Shown in pieces: positions 38,092 through 46,355 of a DNA stretch of 64,000 bases. The DNA is from Candidatus Shapirobacteria bacterium (lineage in GTDB: Bacteria; Patescibacteriota; Microgenomatia; UBA12405). Positions within the stretch are counted from its first letter, which is position 1. Each line of letters starts with the position of its first letter. A model generated the notes under the pieces. That model had not been told where the DNA came from and searched no databases. It was given only the letters and a program-made list of their open reading frames with translations. The position numbers and the translations under genes are program-made. The stretch lies in NCBI GenBank assembly GCA_041661765.1, contig JBAZTV010000002.1, positions 74,212-138,211 of the forward strand, given 5' to 3'.

Positions 38092-38970
38092 ATGAAATAT
38101 TGCCGACTTTGTAATAGTAAAAATATTATCAAATCTTTTTTGTCACCAGACACACATGGTCGACACTTAAATAATAATAATTGTTACCAAATGTATTATT
38201 GCAATTCATGTACCGCTTTTTTTCTCGGCAAAGAAGAAACAAAATCAAATTATTTTTCACTATCTTATCCACCAAATTACTATTCAACCAGCTCATTTTT
38301 TTCTAAATTCATAATGTCAATTTTTGGATTATTTAGTCAAAAAAAACATTTGATTATTTCACGTCATTTTTCCAAAAAAACAAAAATTAAAATTCTTGAT
38401 ATAGGATGTTGCCGAGGCGAATTTTTAAATGGTTTACCATCAAATCGTTTTAAAAAATTTGGCGTAGAAATTAATCCTCAAGTCGCCAAAATTGCCTCTT
38501 TATCAGGACTTAATATAATCACTGGTGACATTAATCAAATTGACTTTAAAACTAAAAAATTTGATTGTATTACTATGTGGCATGTTTTTGAACATTTACC
38601 CAATCCTTCAAAAACTATTCAACAAATATCAAAAATTTTAAAACCAAATGGTTTATTAATTTTTACTGTTCCAAATTCTAACTCAATTGGTTTTAAATAT
38701 GGTCATAAAAATTTTTTTCATCTAGATTCTCCTCGACACTTATTCATTCCAAATGAAAAATCTCTTGAAAAACTTCTTCAACAATCAGATCTTACAAAAA
38801 TTACATTTAAAAATCCATTTCTCGAATATCCGTTAGATCTTTTTTGGTCTATCCGTAAATCAAATATAAAATATATTATATACCCATTTTATCTCATTTT
38901 TAAAATATTCAGTCCTGAATTACTCCAAGTCACCGCAACAAAACCTGCTAAATTAAATAAAACAAAATAA
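38092..38970 (+). CDS. Class I SAM-dependent methyltransferase with an N-terminal zinc ribbon.
   Basis: CRLCNS...CNSCTAFF (Cys4), then ILDIGCCRGEFL, WHVFEHLPNP, LKPNGLLIFTVPN. Confidence 0.8.
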   Translation: MKYCRLCNSKNIIKSFLSPDTHGRHLNNNNCYQMYYCNSCTAFFLGKEETKSNYFSLSYPPNYYSTSSFFSKFIMSIFGLFSQKKHLIISRHFSKKTKIKILDIGCCRGEFLNGLPSNRFKKFGVEINPQVAKIASLSGLNIITGDINQIDFKTKKFDCITMWHVFEHLPNPSKTIQQISKILKPNGLLIFTVPNSNSIGFKYGHKNFFHLDSPRHLFIPNEKSLEKLLQQSDLTKITFKNPFLEYPLDLFWSIRKSNIKYIIYPFYLIFKIFSPELLQVTATKPAKLNKTK

Positions 38971-39004
38971 TCTTTAACCACCTGAAATTTCAAACTGCTT
39001 TCAT

Positions 39005-40783
39005 TTATTTCTTAACAGTAGTTTGATTTGTTTTTAATTGAGTTAAAAGATCAATAGCCTGAGTCCAACCTGGATTAACCTTAATCAACTGTTCTAAAAT
39101 AGAAACTGCCTGTTCCGTCTGACCCATATTAACATAAACCACAGCTGCAGCGTAATAAACTTGCGGATCATTGGGTCTAATTGTATTTAGTTTATTTAAA
39201 TGATTTATTGCTGAATTGAAATTTTTTTCAGTTAAATCAATTTGCAATAAACTATAATAACTTTGATACAAATTAGGTCCATAAGACAAAGCCGTTTCAT
39301 AACTATCTCTAGCTAAATCATATCTTCCAATTTTATAAAAAATATTAGCCCGATTATGATATGCGTCAGCATAATTTGACTTTACTGTTACTGATTGAGT
39401 AAAACCTCTTATTGAAAATAAATACTGTTTTATCTTCTCTTCATCAGTAGTTTCTAATTGTGCTAATTTATCATAATCATCTCCAATATTATTCCAAGCG
39501 TTGTGACTATTTGGTGACACCTGACAAGTATTAACCCATAAATTATGATTAGTCTGCCAATCAACGTTTCTTAAAAATGTTCTTATACTATAAAAAGACA
39601 TTAAAAAAGCAAGTAAAATTATCGCAATATAAACATTCTTTTTATAAATTTTTTCAAAAATTATTGCCAAAAATAAACAAAAACCTAAGCTTCCTAAAAA
39701 TACATATCTTTCTGCAACCAACCAACTAACCTTTACTGGAGCCATAGACGGAGCAGTTGCCGCAAAAATAAAAGCTAATGCAAAAAAAATTTTTTTATCT
39801 TTAAAATAAAAATAAATTACAGCTATCAAATAAGACAAGGTTATTAACCAATTTAACCAAGTAGGTAGAACATACATCGTATGATATAAAGTTAAATCAA
39901 CTGGAATAAACACTAATTGAAGATACTTAGCTATTGATGTTGGATACTGAAAAAACGGATCATAAAAAATTCCACCATAGCCGTTATAACCAGAATTAAC
40001 ACTATTAATTCTAGATACTATATTAGGCCAAATCAGACAAGCCAAAGCTAATAAAACAATTATCATTATTGGCCAATATCTGAATACTTTTATTTTTTTA
40101 ATACTTATATTCTTTAAAATTAAATATATAGGTATTATCAAAAACAATAAAAAAGGTCTGGGTTTATCGTTTAAAAAACTCAAAATAAAAGGAATTATTA
40201 CCCCTAATAAATACCAATTTTTATTTGTTTCTACATACTTTATAAAAAAAATCATTGATACTAATAAATAAAAAGCAATAAATAAATACCCCTTACCAGA
40301 TATCCACGACACCGCTTCAACGTGTACCGGTAAAACAGCGAATATTAATAAAGCTACAATACTTATTCTTTTGTCAAATAAAGAATACAAAAACAAAAAA
40401 GCCAGCCAACACACTGAAATATATAATAAAAGACTAAAAAAATGATATGCCAAAGGTGTTACACCAAAAACATTAGCTATTAATGAATTAATAAAATAAG
40501 TTGAAGAAAAACCATTTAAAGCATATTTTGAAGTTGTCAATTCAGAGTTATTTAATATCGTTGCATAGTCGTCCGATACAAAATCACCATGCAAAGAATT
40601 AAAATACAAAACAAATATTCCCAAAGACAAAAACAATAAAAATTTCCAATTCTCTTTTAATATTTGCCTTATTCCTTTTACATGTTCAATATCAGTTGTT
40701 TCCATCAAAGTTACTGTTTCGATTCTCCTTAATTTTTTAGCTTTTTTCTGCGACATATCTAATATTTTAACAAGTCCCCTCAT
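39005..40783 (-). CDS. Polytopic membrane protein with a C-terminal TPR-repeat domain (TMTC / PMT_2-TPR-like putative glycosyltransferase).
   Basis: About 12 TM followed by TPR-like repeats (AWNNIGDDYDKL..., YADAYHNRANIFYKIGRYDLARDSYETAL, NDPQVYYAAAVVYVNMGQTEQAVSILEQLIKVNP). The start may instead be the ATG at 40756 (MSQKK). Confidence 0.75.
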   Translation of the reverse strand: MRGLVKILDMSQKKAKKLRRIETVTLMETTDIEHVKGIRQILKENWKFLLFLSLGIFVLYFNSLHGDFVSDDYATILNNSELTTSKYALNGFSSTYFINSLIANVFGVTPLAYHFFSLLLYISVCWLAFLFLYSLFDKRISIVALLIFAVLPVHVEAVSWISGKGYLFIAFYLLVSMIFFIKYVETNKNWYLLGVIIPFILSFLNDKPRPFLLFLIIPIYLILKNISIKKIKVFRYWPIMIIVLLALACLIWPNIVSRINSVNSGYNGYGGIFYDPFFQYPTSIAKYLQLVFIPVDLTLYHTMYVLPTWLNWLITLSYLIAVIYFYFKDKKIFFALAFIFAATAPSMAPVKVSWLVAERYVFLGSLGFCLFLAIIFEKIYKKNVYIAIILLAFLMSFYSIRTFLRNVDWQTNHNLWVNTCQVSPNSHNAWNNIGDDYDKLAQLETTDEEKIKQYLFSIRGFTQSVTVKSNYADAYHNRANIFYKIGRYDLARDSYETALSYGPNLYQSYYSLLQIDLTEKNFNSAINHLNKLNTIRPNDPQVYYAAAVVYVNMGQTEQAVSILEQLIKVNPGWTQAIDLLTQLKTNQTTVKK

Positions 40784-40803
40784 TTCCTCAAGGGAGGGGA
40801 TTT
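40772..40803 (-). other. 10-bp-stem hairpin (AAGTCCCCTC / GAGGGGATTT, one G-U pair). Lies between the YvcK-like gene and the TM-TPR gene and spans the annotated ATG (40783) of the latter.
   Basis: Directly visible. No clear U-tract follows on the minus strand. It is either a weak terminator for 40814-41800, or a structure sequestering the first ATG; the true start could be the ATG at 40756. Confidence 0.35.
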
Positions 40804-40813
40804 AAGGGTAGGT

Positions 40814-41800
40814 TTAAATCTCTAAAGTCTTAAACAATTCTCCTAATTTCTCCTCACTGTGTCTCAATCTCATATTTTTTTCTTCAATTTTAGCCAAATC
40901 AACTGCAATTGTTTTAATCTCACTACTTTCAGCCATTTTTACTAAATTAGCATGTTCCAATTCATAAAAATAAAAAATTTTTTCTAACATTTTTTTATCC
41001 AAATTAGTAAGGTCAACCATCACTACTAAGTCAAAAGGGGATTCATTTTTTAAATATTTTTTAAATATTTCAACATAATCTAATTGTGTTGCTTCTTTTG
41101 CCTCGTTTGCCATTGAAAAAATATTGACAAAAAATATTTTTTTAGCGTTACTGTCATTAAAAGCTTTCGCCATACCTTCTGGTAAAAAATTTGGCAAAGA
41201 TGAACCATAAGTTGTCCCAGGAGCAACCATGATTAAATCTGCTTTTTTAACAGCTTCTATTGCCTTTTCATTAGCCTCAACTACTGGATTAAGCCAAATC
41301 TCATCTATTTTATCTGATGACATTTTTAAATCATCAATAAAATTTTCACCCTCATACTCTTTTCCAGAAATCGTTCTAAAACAAACATTAGATGGTTTTA
41401 AAGACACTGGAATCACTTCACCGGCCAATTTTGCTCCAGTCAATTTACAAAATAAATCATCTATTTCTCCTAAACCGCCTTCTTTCTCCGATAAGAATTG
41501 AAAAAAAGTATTACCAAAATTTCGACCCCGACCATCACGATATCTCAACATTTCCTCCCAACTTTCTTTTTGCTCTCCATCAACCCATAAAGAAATTAAT
41601 GATCGCCAATAATCAGAAAAAGCTAGTATTTTTCCTCTCTCGTCAGTTTTGATTCTTCCAGTATCACCACCACTATCAAAAGTTGTCACAATCGATTTAA
41701 TATTTTCAAATCCAGACCCAACTAAAGCCTTATTTACAATCGGCATCCCAGATCCACCACCAATTGTACAAATCTTCAGATTTTTATTCATAAACATCAT
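40814..41800 (-). CDS. YvcK/CofD-family protein (UPF0052; gluconeogenesis-factor / 2-phospho-L-lactate-transferase-like).
   Basis: ICTIGGGSGMPIVNKAL...TTFDSGGDTGRI matches the GGGxG...DSGG signature of this family. Confidence 0.8.
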   Translation of the reverse strand: MMFMNKNLKICTIGGGSGMPIVNKALVGSGFENIKSIVTTFDSGGDTGRIKTDERGKILAFSDYWRSLISLWVDGEQKESWEEMLRYRDGRGRNFGNTFFQFLSEKEGGLGEIDDLFCKLTGAKLAGEVIPVSLKPSNVCFRTISGKEYEGENFIDDLKMSSDKIDEIWLNPVVEANEKAIEAVKKADLIMVAPGTTYGSSLPNFLPEGMAKAFNDSNAKKIFFVNIFSMANEAKEATQLDYVEIFKKYLKNESPFDLVVMVDLTNLDKKMLEKIFYFYELEHANLVKMAESSEIKTIAVDLAKIEEKNMRLRHSEEKLGELFKTLEI

Positions 41801-41834
41801 TATACTTTAAAAAAAGTATAAAATTGATAAACTG

Positions 41835-42905
41835 ATGCACATGGGTCTAATAAGACTTTTACTCGCCATTTCAGTTATAACAGCTCACTCCAATCCTATT
41901 TTTGGTTTTAATTTTATTGGTGGTCAAATAGCTGTTGAAATTTTCTTCATGATTTCCGGCTTCTACATGGCCTTAATTTTAACCGAAAAATACAACAAAA
42001 AATCAGATTATAGATTATTCATTAGTAATCGTTTTTTAAAAATTTATCCAACCTACTGGCTTATTTTAATTTTGTGTTTTATCTATCGATTGGTTTTGTC
42101 TCATTTTAACCCAAATTCTCCTGATATTTTTGCTTTTTTTAATTCAAATTATCATTTAAATCCTTTTAGTTTCCTATTTTTATTAATCCCCAATTTCACT
42201 ATTTTTGGATTAGATTTAGGTTTGTTTCTTGGTCTTAATTTAACCACTGGAGCACTCTTTTTTACTTCAAATTTTCATCAATTTTTTCCACCACTTTATG
42301 ATTTCAACTTAATTGTTCAAGCTTGGACTCTTAGTTTAGAGTTAATGTTTTATCTCTTGGCTCCATTCCTAAATCTTCTCAAAAATAAATATTTACTATT
42401 AATAATGTCATTAAGTTTTGGACTAAGACTATTTCTTTATAACCTAGGTTTAAATCATGATCCTTGGACTTATCGCTTTTTCCCCACTGAATTAATTTTC
42501 TTTTTATCAGGAATAATTATGTACCGATTTTACCGATATATAAAAACTAAAGATTTCAAAAAAATATCTATCTTCTGTTTCTTTTTTTATTTTTCATTTT
42601 TATTTTACTATCACTTTTTACCCCACGAACGAACCAAACAATTAATTATTTTTCTTTTTAGTTTTATTTTTATTCCTTTTATTTTTAATTTATTTAAAAA
42701 TAATAAAATCGACCGATTTGTCGGAGAACTTTCCTTTCCTGTCTATTTATTGCATTTTTTAATAATTGATATTTTTACCCACTTTACCAACTTACCACAT
42801 CAATTTTTAAGTTTAATTACTACTATCGTTTCTATTATTTTTTCTATTTTTATTTTAAAACTTATTATTAATCCTATAAATAATTTCCGCCAATCACGAA
42901 TTTAA
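41835..42905 (+). CDS. Acyltransferase family 3 (OafA/WecH-like membrane O-acyltransferase).
   Basis: IRLLLAISVITAHS...GGQIAVEIFFMISGFYMA. About 10 TM. Confidence 0.8.
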   Translation: MHMGLIRLLLAISVITAHSNPIFGFNFIGGQIAVEIFFMISGFYMALILTEKYNKKSDYRLFISNRFLKIYPTYWLILILCFIYRLVLSHFNPNSPDIFAFFNSNYHLNPFSFLFLLIPNFTIFGLDLGLFLGLNLTTGALFFTSNFHQFFPPLYDFNLIVQAWTLSLELMFYLLAPFLNLLKNKYLLLIMSLSFGLRLFLYNLGLNHDPWTYRFFPTELIFFLSGIIMYRFYRYIKTKDFKKISIFCFFFYFSFLFYYHFLPHERTKQLIIFLFSFIFIPFIFNLFKNNKIDRFVGELSFPVYLLHFLIIDIFTHFTNLPHQFLSLITTIVSIIFSIFILKLIINPINNFRQSRI

Positions 42906-42922
42906 TTTGATAAACTATTCTT

Positions 42923-43723
42923 ATGTTTCAACTCGTTTCTGAAATAAAAGCAATTTATAAATGGCGCGAATTACTTTGGCAAATGGTTAGCCGTGAAGTT
43001 AAAGCTCGTTATAAACAATCAATTTTGGGCTATTTTTGGGTAATTCTAAATCCGTTGGCTCAAATGTTAGTTATGTCTTTTGCTTTTTCAATCATCATGC
43101 GTATTCCAACTAATTCTACAGAAAATATTCCTTACTCCATTTTTCTTTTTGTAGCTTTATTACCCTGGACTCTTTTTGCCAATTCCCTCGGATCAGCCGC
43201 AGCCACATTAGTCAGCGCTGGCAGTTTAATAACTAAAATTTATTTTCCTCGCACAATCCTAGTATTAGCCACCATCATTGCTAAAATAATCGATTTTCTT
43301 TTTTCTACCTCAATATTAATTATTTATATGATTATTTATCACATTCCCGTAAATATAAATATTTTATGGATAATTCCAATTTTCTTTATCCAACAAATAT
43401 TCACACTTGGACTTTCTCTATTCTTTGCCGCAGCCAATTTGCTTTATCGCGACATTCAATATCTCTTAAGCTTAATTCTAACTCTTTGGATGTATTTAAC
43501 CCCGATTATTTATCCAGCCGATATTATTCCTGACAAATTTAGATTTTTGTTTCAACTCAATCCAATGTCTGTAATTGTAAACGCTTATCGTCAAGTTCTC
43601 TTAGGGGGAGGAGTCCCTAAATATTCCAGTCTAATTATTGCTTTTATAGTTTCTTTTATCATTCTATTAGTTGGTCTTTCTTATTTTAAATCACGCGAAA
43701 AAATATTCGCCGATAATATTTAA
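42923..43723 (+). CDS. ABC-2 type exporter permease (Wzm/TagG/KpsM-like).
   Basis: YKWRELLWQMVSREVKARYKQSILGYFWVILNPLAQMLVMSFAF. Six TM. Confidence 0.85.
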   Translation: MFQLVSEIKAIYKWRELLWQMVSREVKARYKQSILGYFWVILNPLAQMLVMSFAFSIIMRIPTNSTENIPYSIFLFVALLPWTLFANSLGSAAATLVSAGSLITKIYFPRTILVLATIIAKIIDFLFSTSILIIYMIIYHIPVNINILWIIPIFFIQQIFTLGLSLFFAAANLLYRDIQYLLSLILTLWMYLTPIIYPADIIPDKFRFLFQLNPMSVIVNAYRQVLLGGGVPKYSSLIIAFIVSFIILLVGLSYFKSREKIFADNI

Positions 43724-43727
43724 ATCT

Positions 43728-44165
43728 ATGATTAAATATAAATTTTGGTCAAACTATAAACATTCTTCTTCCGATATTGAATCTATAAATTATCTTTTAA
43801 CTCTTCTCACTCAAAATCCAAATAAAATAACTGCCACACAATTAAACGAAATTTCTAAAAACTCTCATATTCTTTTGGCTCTCGATAAAAACAATAAAAT
43901 TATAGGCATGGCCACTTTGGCTCTAATCAATATTACTGTCGGCAAATCTGGCCGAATTGAAGATGTTGTCGTTGATGATAAATTTAGAGGGCAGGGGATT
44001 GGAACCACTTTAATTAAAAAATTGATTACTAAAGCCAAAAAACTTCATCTTAAAAAGATAGATTTAACCAGTAATCCTAAAAGGATTGAAGCCAATAAAT
44101 TATATCTAAATCTAAATTTCTTCAAATACGAAACTAACGTTTATCGAATGAAATTTGAAAAATAA
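43728..44165 (+). CDS. GNAT-family N-acetyltransferase.
   Basis: ATG at 43728; the track start at 43671 overlaps the upstream gene. VDDKFRGQGIGTTLIKKLI is GNAT motif A. Confidence 0.75.
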   Translation: MIKYKFWSNYKHSSSDIESINYLLTLLTQNPNKITATQLNEISKNSHILLALDKNNKIIGMATLALINITVGKSGRIEDVVVDDKFRGQGIGTTLIKKLITKAKKLHLKKIDLTSNPKRIEANKLYLNLNFFKYETNVYRMKFEK

Positions 44166-44247
44166 CGGTAATATTGATAAAATCGCACTGTTCAAGGTAA
44201 ATAGCCCTTTAAAAAATTGAAGGAAATAACGAAAGGTGTGTGTTTGA

Positions 44248-44871
44248 ATGAAAAAGTTTTTAGCTGGTGTTTTATTTGCAGTAATATTTTGCAGTACTGG
44301 TTTTTTTATAGGAATTCCAAAAGTAATCAACAATAACCCAATATTTAAAATCATTGAGAAAATGATTACCCCAGATCCAGTCAAAGTTGTACCCGACACA
44401 ACAGTTTTAGCTGCAGAAATTCAACAATTAGCAAAAATAGAAACTGCTTCCTTTGTTCTCAAAAACAAAAAATTCTATAGTACTAGAGATAACGACAGAT
44501 TTTGGGGAATTCTTGGTGAAAATTTAGAATTAATCGCTAGTTGCAAAGTTACTGCTGGTATTGATCTTAGCAATATCACTGATGATAATTTTGAAATTCT
44601 TAAAAATCAAACAATAAAAATCAGACTGCCTAAAGCAAAAATTTTCGATGTCATAATCACTGCTTCTAGTGTTCCCAGTAGAACCAAAGGCCTTTTAGCC
44701 ACAGTTGATAAAGATATGGAAAGTAACACTAAAGATTATGCTCAAAATTATTTTTTAGAACAAGCCTTAAATTCAGATTTATTAGATCAAGCCAATCAAA
44801 ACGCCCAAAATAGAATCCAAAATTTAGCCAAAAAACTCAAATTTACGACTGTTGTTTTCACCCAAATATAA
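44248..44871 (+). CDS. Membrane-anchored/exported protein of unknown function (DUF4230-like?).
   Basis: N-terminal TM (FLAGVLFAVIFCSTGFFIG). Preceded by AAAGG 8 nt upstream. The family assignment is tentative. Confidence 0.55.
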   Translation: MKKFLAGVLFAVIFCSTGFFIGIPKVINNNPIFKIIEKMITPDPVKVVPDTTVLAAEIQQLAKIETASFVLKNKKFYSTRDNDRFWGILGENLELIASCKVTAGIDLSNITDDNFEILKNQTIKIRLPKAKIFDVIITASSVPSRTKGLLATVDKDMESNTKDYAQNYFLEQALNSDLLDQANQNAQNRIQNLAKKLKFTTVVFTQI

Positions 44872-44902
44872 AGAACCTTCAATTAATACTTATTTACCAA
44901 CG

Positions 44903-44943
44903 GCATGGAGTTAATTAAGAATTTATTCTTATTACCTCCATGC
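44903..44943 (+). terminator. Nested stem-loop in the largest intergenic gap. 8-bp outer stem GCATGGAG/CTCCATGC enclosing an inner 7-bp stem TAAGAAT/ATTCTTA.
   Basis: Directly visible palindromes, 31 nt downstream of the 44248-44871 stop. There is no U-tract after it, so it could equally be a processing or regulatory structure. Confidence 0.35.
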
Positions 44944-44959
44944 ATACTCATACTCTAAC

Positions 44960-44988
44960 TAGCCATAAACCCCATCTCAATATATAAT
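44960..44988 (+). promoter_or_regulatory. Putative sigma70-like promoter for the NYN-domain gene (TAGCCA - 17 nt - TATATAAT).
   Basis: Extended -10 TATATAAT at 44981-44988 and a weak -35 TAGCCA at 44960-44965. The ATG at 44999 implies a very short leader. Confidence 0.3.
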
Positions 44989-44998
44989 CAATTAATAA

Positions 44999-45544
44999 AT
45001 GAAATCCGGTAATAAAAAGCTTCAAAATTTTAATTCTCAAATTTACGCTTTTATCGATAGTCAAAATCTTAACTTAGGAACTCAATTGAATGGTTGGAAA
45101 CTGGATTTTGGTAAATTTAGAATGTATTTACTTACTAAATTTAAAGTAAAAAAAACATATCTTTTTATTGGTTATATTGAAGGAAATTCAAATTTATATA
45201 GATATTTACAAGAAGTTGGTTATATTTTAATTTTTAAACACGTTTTAGAAATTAAAAAAGATAACAAAACTACAGTTAAGGGTAATGTCGATGCCGAATT
45301 AGTACTACACACTATGATTCAATATCCAAACTATAACCAAGCAATAATTGTTTCAGGAGATGGTGATTTTTATTGTCTTGTAGAATATTTAGAAAAAAAT
45401 AATAAATTAGCAAAAATTATCGTTCCAAATCAAAAGTACTCATCATTATTAAGAAAATATGCAAAATATATTTTCCCATTAAAACCTGCCAAAGAAAAAT
45501 TAGAAATTAAAAAAGAAAAAGAGAGGCATTCCCGCGGGAAATAA
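44999..45544 (+). CDS. NYN-domain protein (LabA-like PIN-fold putative RNase).
   Basis: IYAFIDSQNL...GNVDAELVLHTM...IVSGDGDF matches NYN/LabA catalytic-Asp signatures. Confidence 0.75.
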   Translation: MKSGNKKLQNFNSQIYAFIDSQNLNLGTQLNGWKLDFGKFRMYLLTKFKVKKTYLFIGYIEGNSNLYRYLQEVGYILIFKHVLEIKKDNKTTVKGNVDAELVLHTMIQYPNYNQAIIVSGDGDFYCLVEYLEKNNKLAKIIVPNQKYSSLLRKYAKYIFPLKPAKEKLEIKKEKERHSRGK

Positions 45545-45599
45545 GATTGCCCTTTGGTAGTCCTCTCATCGTGATAAGCTATTATACCAATAATAAACT

Positions 45600-46355
45600 A
45601 TGAATAGTCAATCAAAATTTCCAGATCAAATCGTCATTAAATTTGATCACGTCACTAAAAAATTTAGCCAATTAAGCCAAAAAACCTTTAAAGAATTTAT
45701 TCCCGCCTTAATCCGCGGCGAACAAACTACTGAAAGTTTTACTGCCTTAAACAATATAAGTTTCGAAATTGAAAGAGGAGAGACAGTTGGAATTATCGGT
45801 CCCAATGGTAGTGGTAAATCAACCATATTAAAGCTCATTGCCGGTGTTATGTCGCCAAATTCAGGAACGATTACAGTTAAAGGTAAAATTTCTCCCTTAA
45901 TCGAACTTGGTGCTGGTTTCCACCCAGAATTAACCGGAAGTGAAAATATTTATCTCAACGGTGCCATTCTTGGATTAAAACGTAAAGAAATTGATAAAAA
46001 TTTTCAATCGATTGTTGATTTTGCTGAATTACAAGAATTTATAAATCAACCAATTAAACATTATTCTTCCGGCATGTACATGCGTCTCGCCTTTGCAGTT
46101 GCTATTCATGTCCATCCGGAAATTTTAATTGTTGACGAAATTCTCTCTGTCGGCGATCAAGCTTTTCAAGAAAAATGTTTCGCCAAAATGGAAGAATTCA
46201 AAAAATCAAAAGATGTCACCATTATTTTTGTCTCACACAGCCTTGATCAAGTAGAAAAATTTTGCACTCGTGCTTTATATTTAAACGAACACCAAATTCA
46301 ATTCGACGGTAAAGTTAAAAAAGCAATTGAAAAATATGAAAAAACCTCTAATTAG
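45600..46355 (+). CDS. ABC exporter ATP-binding protein (Wzt/TagH/KpsT-like, short form without a C-terminal carbohydrate-binding domain).
   Basis: Walker A GIIGPNGSGKST, signature YSSGMYMRLAFAVA, Walker B ILIVDE, H-loop FVSHS. Confidence 0.9.
   Translation: MNSQSKFPDQIVIKFDHVTKKFSQLSQKTFKEFIPALIRGEQTTESFTALNNISFEIERGETVGIIGPNGSGKSTILKLIAGVMSPNSGTITVKGKISPLIELGAGFHPELTGSENIYLNGAILGLKRKEIDKNFQSIVDFAELQEFINQPIKHYSSGMYMRLAFAVAIHVHPEILIVDEILSVGDQAFQEKCFAKMEEFKKSKDVTIIFVSHSLDQVEKFCTRALYLNEHQIQFDGKVKKAIEKYEKTSN

Noticed and set aside
29411-38970. RiPP (ribosomal peptide) biosynthetic cluster hypothesis for the two B12-radical-SAM enzymes.
   Set aside because: No small precursor-peptide ORF, peptidase, or exporter of the RiPP type is present. 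Every neighbour is a glycosyltransferase or methyltransferase in a polycistronic glycan operon.
38971-39004. Possible bidirectional terminator between convergent genes 38092-38970 and 39005-40783 (aaatttcaaac ... gtttgattt).
   Set aside because: The inverted repeat is imperfect, with a 1-nt bulge in a 9-bp stem, and no flanking T or A tracts stand out. It is not convincing by eye.
44999-45544. NYN-domain RNase as part of a defence or toxin-antitoxin system.
   Set aside because: No partner gene (antitoxin, ATPase, sensor) is adjacent. The neighbours are an ABC exporter ATPase and a DUF4230-like exported protein. The only supported statement is a stand-alone NYN protein with its own promoter-like sequence.
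45521-45567. Stem GAGAGG/CCTCTC with an internal CCCGCGGG palindrome at the 3' end of the NYN gene.
   Set aside because: The 6-bp stem closes a loop of about 35 nt. It overlaps the coding sequence and stop codon. It would be weak as a terminator and there is no supporting U-tract.
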